From positions 1 to 39,818 of the forward strand of contig CAXUUL010000065.1 in the NCBI GenBank assembly GCA_964255285.1: a DNA stretch of 39,818 nt, given 5' to 3'. The notes under the pieces are model-generated. The model was not told where the DNA came from. It searched no databases and saw only the letters and a list, made by a program, of their open reading frames with translations. The stretch comes from Ionaspis alba. Lineage: Eukaryota. Of the stretch, positions 22,665 to 32,431 are shown one piece after another (positions within the stretch are counted from its first letter, which is position 1; every line of letters starts with the position of its first letter). Position numbers and translations under genes: made by a program.

Positions 22665-24598
22665 TGGTACAATGTTCTTTCGTGAATGTGCTCAAACCTG
22701 TCGCAGCTTCTCTGTCATGTTTTTCTTGGCTGTTTGCCACTGTGTGCTGTCTGTATGAAAAGAACCTGCTGTTTTCAAGACGTCGAAATGAAATCATTTC
22801 CCATTCCTTTCACCGATGTTACATGTATTTCCTCCTATCAATACTCCAAAACAAGTCCCAGACCATCCGTACCAAACCGGATTCCCTTTCGCCATCGAGA
22901 GCGAACTTCCAGTGCTCTGGCGTCACGAGCGTGGAGAGGAATACGCATCAGCTCGGAGTTGGGCCTTAGCGTATGTGGGGTACTCGGTGCCTCGAGGGAC
23001 CTGGTCTGGCAATCGAATGGCTGATTGCTCACGGGATTTCCGATTGCGGCACCGATAGCTGGTCACCAGATGTTCTCATGCGCTTCATGCTGGCCACTCC
23101 AGGCCTGCTCGTCGTGCCGAAGGAGCCAGACCACGCCGTCATACATTTCTGTCCTTACGTCCGCGATAGCACCAGCTGTCATCTCTACACAATGCGCACA
23201 CAATAAAGACACGCTCGAAGTCTACATGGTCGTCTTCGCGATGCTTCGAGCCATTATATAAGATGGCAACACGGAGTGAAGTTGCGGCTTAAAAATTGCT
23301 GTACAAAATACGTCAGTCGTCGGGATTTTTTTTCCTGCCAAGCCTGCCTCCGGATTTCTCGAGACTGAGCTGGGAATAGCGTCCTGTGGTGCCACGATAT
23401 TTGAAAACTCCCTCACACCACCATTTGAATTCACTTTGCCATCGAATCGTGCATACTATCATGATTGTGGGCCTTATCGACCTCAGACTGTCTGTTTCTT
23501 GATATTTGTCCAAGTGGTTGATAGCTCCGTCGGGCTATCTCCTCGCTAGGCCGAAAGTTAGTTTCCGTTTCTATCGATTGTCGATAAGACTACTACTTCC
23601 CGTGCCTCGTTATGGTCTGCTCTCTCTAGCACCACCGCCTTCGTTGTAGTTAGTCCTCTATGCTGTCCTGGATTCTTTCTGCTTTCGGGATGTACGCTTT
23701 GAGAGTATTTGATGTGGGGCTCTTTTGTGGTCACTACTGCATAGGACGTTCCGGTGAATGGCTGAATCGTGATATCTGCGAGCGTGCTTTCTACGCCGAC
23801 GTCCAATCCTCCCACATGTCGTTCATTTGGGGTGTCCAACGGGCCCGGCATACTTCGAAACCCGATCTGCAACTCCCATATTTTCGATCGGCCAAACGAG
23901 TCGGGCATTCATGCAACAACGCGAAGAACACGCTACTGACGGGACGATGTCTCCAAGTCACAACTTCCTAACTCACTACTGCATCTGCAACGTGCATCTC
24001 AAGCGCGGCTTCTGGGTAACAATGCCGTATCGCGGCAAGAATCACTGCCTCCTCGAGCCGCAGAAGTCAATACTTCGAACATCAAGCTAAAGGTGATCAC
24101 TTCCTATGCATTGGGAGAGAGTGCCGGGCTTGATCTCGTCAGGAGATAACACTGACTATCTTTAGGCATGAGGACTGCTTTTCGATGGACAATGCTGCTA
24201 GACCGGATATGTCTCTGGGACGAGTGGCCCATGCGTAGAGCGGTCCATATCAGCGAGAACACAATGAAGCGACTCTACTAGAGAAGTTTGCCTAGCCTGA
24301 GTCGTGCCTGTCACGAGTACTTTGCTCTATCGCTTGGTTATGAGAGGCTTGGATGTTGTCTTGTTGCTGAACACTCTGTTTGGAGCGGTTGTCTCCATTT
24401 TCTCAAAAGAAAATGTGAGATTGAGCTTGGCGAACTAGGAAGCGAGTAGTCTAGTACATTACGTACCATCTACACAGTCTCAACCCATGATGAAGAGTCT
24501 TGGCCTATCTCTCCATGCATTGGAAGCTGACGGTCAACCATCTTACTAGACTAAAAGCACTAGTTTGGCGATCCAACACCTCGGTGTCTATGGCAAGA

Positions 24599-24808
24599 GT
24601 TAGTGTCGAGTTGTAGGAGGAGGTCCTCCTACACAGCTCTGGGAGACGGCTTGNNNNNNNNNNNNNNNNNNNNNNNNNNNNNNNNNNNNNNNNNNNNNNN
24701 NNNNNNNNNNNNNNNNNNNNNNNNNNNNNNNNNNNNNNNNNNNNNNNNNNNNNGTTAGTGTCGAGTTGTAGGAGGAGGTCCTCCTACACAGCTCTGGGAG
24801 ACGGCTTG
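24599..24808. other. Scaffold gap (100 N) with an exact 55-nt flank duplication (24599-24653 = 24754-24808)
   Basis: Direct comparison of the two sides of the N run. Confidence 0.95.
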
Positions 24809-25208
24809 GACGAGTATAGGGAGAGGAAATATTGAGGGTAGTCCCTACTTGGTATGAGGCTAGGAGGTCACTGTATTAGAGAATTAGATTGTGGGGATTA
24901 AGTCTTCATTGAATGCGTGCATGTTATATGATGAGCCAACCCTCGAGTCTAGATAGAAGACGAAGCAAATCAACAAATCAAACCTAGTCCCGACATGCTC
25001 CATTGCGACAAAACAGGATTATAGTGTTGGGGAAATGTCTGGCCACATGATCTGCGTAAGTGGAAGTATGTGCTGCGATATTGAACATTCGAGAGGCTTA
25101 ATTGGGCTAATACACTGTTAGATCTGACTTGCTGAAGACCATGAAGAAGACCATACCTGTTGCGTTGAACAGTCACCACTGTGGTTCTCTGCTCCAGACG
25201 TGCTTGGG

Positions 25209-27874
25209 TCATCTTGATTGCACATGGTCACTGGGACCTTCGTCTTCCACATTGCCAGCCTGATCGTCTCCATTATCATCTCCAACATCTTCTCCACTGT
25301 CGTCTCCCTCTGAAGCTTCATCGTCCTCTTCGGTGTCCCATTCACCCTCAACGTCGCTTTTGTCTTCAGTATCTGAGCAGACACAAGGGGTGTTTTCACA
25401 TTCGTGGCAATAGCGATCATCACCGTCCGTACTACAATCCACGTCGTAAGTGTCCTCGGAGCCGCCGTATGCCTCAAACCCCAAGTCCGTCAGCCATGCT
25501 CTCCAGCTCTCCAGGACTTCATGACCTGAACGTCGTGCGTAATACGCCGGTGTTCTACCCTCTAAATCCGTTGCATGAGGATCACAGCCTGCTTGGAGAA
25601 GAATTTCCGCTTTGGACTTTGCTCGTACCATCCATAAGCGATCACGTTCAACAAACAGAAAATGTAATGGACCTAGACCGTGTATCGTGGCTGAAACATC
25701 GGCTCCATGGGCGACTAGTATCTGAAGCCACTGCAGAGATCCTTCGGTATTGCGACCTGCCGCGTAAAGTAAAGGTGTTAGCCCGTGGCCACCACGACAT
25801 TCTATACCGACACCGGTGCTGATTAGAAAATCACAAAATTGGCTAGCGGTGTCAGGCGTTAGAGTGTGATCGATGATCACGAAAAGATAATTTTCTAAAT
25901 GCCAGATTGGATCACTGCAATCCTCAATGCTCGCGCCACTTTCGATCGCTAGATTGGAAAGCTGAATCGAGTGATTCATGTCCTTTGGATACTCCATCAC
26001 CGTAGGCGGTTTGTGCTCTAGTCGGTCATACCAAAACAAACACCAAACGTACTCCAGAATATTATTCGATTCACTAAACACTCCGACATTAGCATGAGAA
26101 AGCTTTCCAGTTATCTACAAGATTACAAACCCGTTGCACTCATGCACACTGGCGCCCTCCTGGAGAAGTAACTTGCAGGCTTCATATGATACCCATGTTG
26201 CTGCTGCCTGATCAAGTCAGCAAACTCCGATTGTTACTGCGAGGAAATACATACTCCGAGTAATGTCATTCCGTTTTGGGTCCGATCCGAAGGGGTTATT
26301 GTTCTTGTAAAAAGAAGTCGTTGCAGCTCCGGTATATTGTTCTCCCGAAGCTGCCTCCAGACGGGATCCTCCTCACCAAGGACGTTGAAGACTCTTATGT
26401 ACTGACTGATTGAGGGATATATTGCTTCCTTGAGGTCTTTTGTTAAGCTCAACGAGACACCTAATCTCTGGATCTCTGGCTTGGGGTAGAATGAGAACAT
26501 CGCACTAGCAACTGAGAATGATTGGTCGTCGGTCTCAGGCTCGTTGAGAATATGTGTGCAAAACCTGCCATGATATGTAGTCATCGTGGCACAATGCCAT
26601 TTCCGTTTTGAACCTCGCCGCCTTTTTACGGGAGGTACGCGATCCTTCGACGACGATGCTCGTAGACTAGATTTATTATTACCCGGGCCAGTAAAGCCCG
26701 ATTTATCAGCTTCAAATGTATGCCGTTTCCTCTTGAGGCTGATCGCTGCGGCCTCATGGCTAGCCGCGAGAACTTCATCCATCTGAGCTTGAAACAGCTC
26801 AATCTCTTCATCGGATAGGACGACGCCAGGCTTCGACGTGAGCATAGCGAATGCGCTAGGCAGATTCGACTGCATGTGCATCAATGGCATCACCACAGCT
26901 CCTAGATCAGATGCACCAGCCACAATACGCTGCGTATTGGCTTCGTTGAAACCGATGTTTAGATCCGTGAATCTTGATTCTATGAAATCTTGCATTTTGT
27001 CCATTCTCTGGAGTAGTCGAAAATCAGATTCTAATTGTTGTCGGGAGATCGCCTCGTGAGCTAATGAGGTCTGTCTTATGTCACTTCTCACCAGTTGAAT
27101 ATCTTGGGGAATGGTAAGGGCTGCTTGTGATATCTGGTTATCAATGCGTTGTAATGCTGCACTTGTTTGGTTGTGAGAATCTTCCATTCGAGTCTGCATG
27201 GACAAGGTGTTGCCGCGAGTTGCTTGTGTGATCGTCTGAACTGTAGAGAGCCCAGTAGACAAATGATTGTCCAAGGCGTCATACTGGCGTGTAGACTGCA
27301 TGCTGGCACCTTGAATACTCTGTTGTGCAGACTGGATGTGACCGCGTATCATGATATCGTTGCGTCTATAATGATACATTAGCTTTAAAATCTCGATGAA
27401 GTAACAGACTGAGCTTTCTGACCGTCCAAGCATGGACAAAACAGTATTGAGAGATATCTTGAACTCTCTCAATTTTTCGTAGTGCAGTGCGAGCTTCTTA
27501 CTATTCCAAGCCCATCCAACCCTGCTGGTTAGTTTCTTGACTGCTCCTGACTGTCCCTTTGTCTCTGCATCTTTCACAAAGACTAATAGAGCATCGTATT
27601 CCTGTTTGCAAGCTTGTAGGGTCGCCATTAAGCTTGAAGCGGGGAGACCGTCTTGGGTCGCGAAGGAGGAGCGGTTGAAGGCATCTGCGCCTTCCCGGAG
27701 CTCTACCATGATTGCGTCGAGCTGTTGAAGCTCCCCGAGTATCCTCTGGATATCTTTTGAGGCTTTCTTCACCGACGAGATGAAAGTGCATAATTCTTTG
27801 CCCCGATGAAACAGGACGTCTACCAACCCGACAAAGCCAGCAGCGCCAGCAGCTAGCGAGATTGGGTCTGCCAT
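25209..27874 (-). CDS. HeLo-like/SesA-type fungal N-terminal helical domain, coiled region, ankyrin repeats and acidic tail
   Basis: Exons 27874-27423, 27365-26255, 26207-26131, 26073-25209. The N-terminus MADPISLAAGAAGFVGLVDVLF...ISSVKKASKDIQRILGELQQL...LQACKQE...RVGWAWNSKKL is typical of HeLo-like/STAND N-terminal domains. Ankyrin motifs: NGMTLLG, GLTPLLYAA, GLGPLHFL, DLEGRTPAYYA. D/E-rich C-terminus. Confidence 0.82.
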
Positions 27875-28873
27875 CGTAATACGCAGCAGCGCACCAGCAC
27901 CTGCCAGCTGTGTTCAAAAATCAGATCATGTGTAGGGAAACGAGTGGTTTGTAGTGGAGATATTGTTTTTGGGTCTCGTTCAGCCTCGCACGACCTGGTG
28001 TCTGCGTGCAGCCCTCAGCCTCAAGGCTGCGAGGCAGATGAACAAATTGTAGCCAATGAAAAGCTCCCAGCACATTGCAGCACCCATGCTAGCAATTTCG
28101 AATAAGCTAAAAGAGCCTCGTAAAAGTAGAGACATGCTCGTTCTGGCCACTCACAGGTGGCAGGTTGCAGCCAACCAGGATAAGCCACTGCGGCATACCG
28201 AAATCATGGATTAAGAATCATTCCGTGTCGAGGCTCTGGCAAATGACACTTGCAGCACTGGGATAGCACAGGTGGAAGAGAAGAAGCGTAGTTACAACCT
28301 ACTGTCATTTAGACTGTAAATGAATGGTGCGAACATAATGCAAAACAATGGATGCATTTCATAGGCTTGCACCGCCGGTCGAACGACCACGACGAAGTAG
28401 ACTCGCTTACGCAGTTCCCTAGCACACCCTAGGTTGCGGACGAATTCCCCAAGACACCTAGTATCTCCAGCCTGATTTTAGGGCAAGTGGGCCACATTGG
28501 GGGGAATAGCGGAGAATGTATTAAATATCGGAGACGCTCGGATACTCACGCTCCCCCATACCCAAACTAGACAAAACGGTAGAAGAGAATCTGCTAAACA
28601 TCTAGATTGGATGATGTGTTCTTTCATAAATATCACTGGTATCTACGACTGGGTCTTCTACATTCTATCAAGCTTTCGAGGTTGTGATTGCCAACCGTAC
28701 TCCAGCTTTAGATAACTCAATGGGACCCTCAAGATCCTCCACAGTTCTTATGTCATCGCCACCGTTAGCTTTATGAAGCATTCACCCCAAGATCATCAAA
28801 GAACACCATCGCTATGCCCATTCCTATCTTCTCTTCACTGCCTCTTCCAGCTTCGTTCCCAGCTCTCTTTCCT

Positions 28874-30699
28874 TCAAATCTTGAAAACACCCATTCGACT
28901 CCCCACCCCATCAAAAACACAAACCCCCTCAATAGGCACATACTGTCTCGTAACAACCTTAATCGCCTCCTGGGCAACCATCCCACCCATCAATGCCGCA
29001 ATATTATGCAACTCCGCCCCGCCAGCTCGCGCCATCTCCCTGATGACATTACTGATACTCTCCTCCCCAGCTTTGGTATCCCCGTTCCCCTCGCCTTGGG
29101 CCTCGGCGGATTTCTTAAGGTTTTCGACGACCGTGTCGATATACTGCGTCATATGCCACGTGAATTTGCGCTGCTCCGTTTCTGCGGCCGCTGCGTCCTG
29201 CGATGATGAGGAGGCTGGAAGGGAAGGGAGACTAGCGCCAGTGGCGAGGTAGGCATCGAGCGCCAGGAAGCAGAGGTGGAGCGGCATGAGGGAGTCGTCG
29301 TCTCCGAGTTCACGCAACACTGATCCAGCGCGGTCGCCGAAGTCTGTTTTTCCTGCTTCCGTAGCGAGTCGCAAAGGGGTGCCGCGGATCATTTTTATGG
29401 AGGCGGCGTTTTTGGCGAAAGCTTCGATTTCTGCCGAGGGGATGGGATGAAGACGGGAGAGGTTTTTCTCGAGAGCCCGAACAGTTGTTGTCAGCTCGGC
29501 AAGGTCGGCGCGGGATTTGGCTTTGTAGACGTTTTGCAGAGCGATGTAGTCTGGGGGTTGCGATTTCATGTCGGGTAGGGTGCCAGGAAGCGGCAGGAGT
29601 GAGTGGGTCTTGTGGAAGGTGAGGAGGGCGTGGGTCAGGAGGTGAAAGTTTGACGACTATTGGTGTCAGTTGAGGCTAGCCAAAACATCGTGAAGAAGTG
29701 GAAAGGTAGAGTTACCGAGGATTTGGGGTTCTTGCATTCCTCGTCCTCGAATATCTCGCGTAGACCGCTTGATATCGAAGGTGGGTTCAGACTTTTCAGT
29801 ACTGCACCTGCTGCTTCGTCGTAATTCTCTTCACCGCCTTCAGGGTTGCTCTTCCTTTCACCGCTGCGGACGAGGTCCCGGAAGCCGGATTTCTCTTTGT
29901 AGTTCTCAGGTGCTTTGCCGTCGTGGGAAGCTCTCCATTCTTCGAGGTAATGTAGTAAAAGCAGGAGGTAGGGTATATGTCCGTGTTCGTGGTCGCTTAG
30001 TGTCTCCAAGTTGTTTGTCTTTGCGTGCATGAGGTCTAAGAGCTCAGGCCATGGGTTCAGAAGTCGCAGGTCTTGGGTTGACGTGGGATCGGGGTGCGTG
30101 TCAACTATTGGAAATTGGGAGGGGAGTTGGAGGGAGCATTCTGAGTAAAAGCCGTAGCAGTGTATGTAAAAGAGGGGAATCGAGTGCACCCAGGCATACT
30201 TGGACACTTCTTGGAGGACTGATGGAGGATTGACAGGACTAACGAGGAGGATTAGGGTATATTTGCTCAGGGCATCTGGTTGGGCGATGAAGTCTTCGAT
30301 TGACTGCTATGTGTAAGTCTTGTTTCATTGCCAGCCTCGTTGAATACCCACCTGCCGTAGGCCGTGACCTTGAACTTCAGGATTCAACTCTTGAAGGAAT
30401 TTGGAGCATTCTTCCGCCCTCGACTCTCCCAAGCTTGACTCTTCTAAAAAGAAGTTGACGCCTAGATCCTCCTCATCCACCTCCCGCTCGTCAACGATGG
30501 TGAAATGCCCTATCCCAGGCAGAACGAGATTCTTGAGCGTTTCTACACCCACAACACCAACTCCTGAATTCAGTAGCAGGACATGAGCGTCCTCCAAAGC
30601 TTGTTGGCCCGCCGCGGCCCAGAGGCGCAGCTGCCTGTCATATTTCTTCTCTTTAGCTGTAGGACCTTGCAAAGGTGGGGGCGTGAGACTGGTGGTCAT
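28874..30699 (-). CDS. ULA1: NEDD8-activating enzyme E1 regulatory subunit (NAE1/APP-BP1/Ula1)
   Basis: Exons 30699-30352, about 30306-29716 (TAGCAG tandem acceptor), and 29656-28874. Motifs: [98 protein letters not shown]. Confidence 0.96.
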
Positions 30700-30999
30700 G
30701 TCTGCTTTGAACACGCTCTAAATTATGAAAAACTCTGGTCACTTTTTGAATGTTGCTGTACTTCGTTCAAAGTAAATAGACGCCTAATTGATCAAGTGCT
30801 CGGCGTGACGCGCTTCGACTTCAAGGCGCGGCTCGGGCCGGAACTTGGCGGGCGGACTGCTTTTGTACCCCTCCCCCGCAACGCTCAACAGGAGAAACCT
30901 CCGATGATTTCACGATCGATTGACTTCGCATTAAGGTTCCGCTGGTACGAGGGTGTATCTAGTCGCAGTATGGTTGATTGACGTCTTGCTTTCTCGTAC

Positions 31000-32187
31000 A
31001 TGCTACTGTTGAAATATATTCCTAGCCAATCGAGACTCATCAGGTACGAAAGCCCTCGCTCGATGACTAGATACCGCAATTTGACCAGACGCTGAATCTT
31101 ACTGTGCAGATATATACCTAGAGGGAGGCTCTCAGGCCCTCTCCATCATTACTTGTTATATCCGCCTACTATCCGGGCTTTCTCGTCTACAGCCGCCAGA
31201 ATGACCGACATCGAAGCTGCCAAACGCAATGCCGCCAACATGGCCGTAAAAGAGCACTTCGACCCCAATGCAACCTATATCGGGATAGGCTCAGGAACCA
31301 CAATTGTCTACGTGGTCGAAGCCATCAAAGCACTGAAGGCCGACACGACTGCCATCCGCTTCGTGCCCACGGGCTACCAGTCCCGGCAGAACATAGTGGA
31401 AGCGGGCTTGACACCAATCGCCTTCGATTCCCTGCCCGCGAATGTGCTGCTAGATGTAGCCTTTGATGGGGCGGACGAGATTGACGAGGATCTCAACTGC
31501 ATCAAGGGCGGTGGAGCTTGTCTGTATCAGGAGAAATTGGTAGCAACACATTCGAGGAAGTTCGTCTGTGTAGCAGGTGAGCTCCCTTCTCCATCCCACA
31601 TGTTTGGTCCCCGATTTGCCAGACCCTAGGCTGACACACAGAAAGACTACCGCAAGCTCCAACCCCGTCTCCTCTCCAAATGGCCCACTATTCCAATCGA
31701 AGTCGATACACTCGCAGCAGCTGTCGTCCTCTCCGCCCTCCGCGAACTCGGCTCGCCTAACCCCACGGTCCGAACCAGGAATCCCTCAAAAGCAGGGCCC
31801 ATAAAAACAGATCAAGGCAACTTCATCATTGACGCTCCCTTCCCTACGCTCCTCTTACCTCGAGACGTTGCCGTTTCACTCTCCTTGCACCATACCCAAT
31901 CCGGACACACGGGGCAAGGCGATTACGGGAAATGGGAGGTCGAGACACTAGCACGTGAGATCAAAATGATCGAGGGCGTGTTGTCGGTTGGCATCTTCAC
32001 AGGAGAGAATGGCCAGGAGGCCGCGGCAGCTGGTAGGAAGGCTGGAGGACAGAAGCCTGTAGCGGCGTACTTTGGGATGGAGGATGGAGGAGTGTTCGTC
32101 AGGAGGGCGGGACAGGCAAGGGAGGATGCGAAAAAGCAGGAAAGGCAGAAGGAGTTTGATCCTAGCGCTACTAATCACGATGTCTGA
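31000..32187 (+). CDS. RKI1: Ribose-5-phosphate isomerase A; core starts at ATG 31201, with a putative 45-aa presequence from upstream ATG 31000
   Basis: Exons (31000-31043), 31110/31201-31576, 31646-32187. Motifs: IGIGSGTT, VPTGYQS, DVAFDGADEID..LNCIKGGGACLYQEKLVA, ADYRK, IPIEV, KAGPIKTDQGNFIIDAPF, IEGVLSVGIF. Confidence 0.95.
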
Positions 32188-32431
32188 GTGCGAACATGCT
32201 TTTCCTCTTGGATGCGAAAAGGAGGTATATAGGAAGATTTTTTGGATATATCAGTCTCTAAACGGAAGAAGCTGAAGTACAAAACGTGCTATCGTGAGCA
32301 TTCACGTATAAGTCTGTCGCCGAAGAAGTAAAAGAACATAAAGCAGATTGTGTTCTGAGTCTTTGCGTGTGAAGGAAAAAAGTATGAAATGCATTGATAG
32401 GCTGACGACCACTACCGTTGTCCTGTTTGGA

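Noticed and set aside
23558..24090. Overlapping 87-116 aa ORFs
   Set aside because: No coherent gene model or recognisable motif could be built.
32185..32232. Stop-codon readthrough giving RKI1 a peroxisomal signal
   Set aside because: The stop context is TGA GTG rather than TGA CTA, and the extension ends GGI*, which is not a PTS1.
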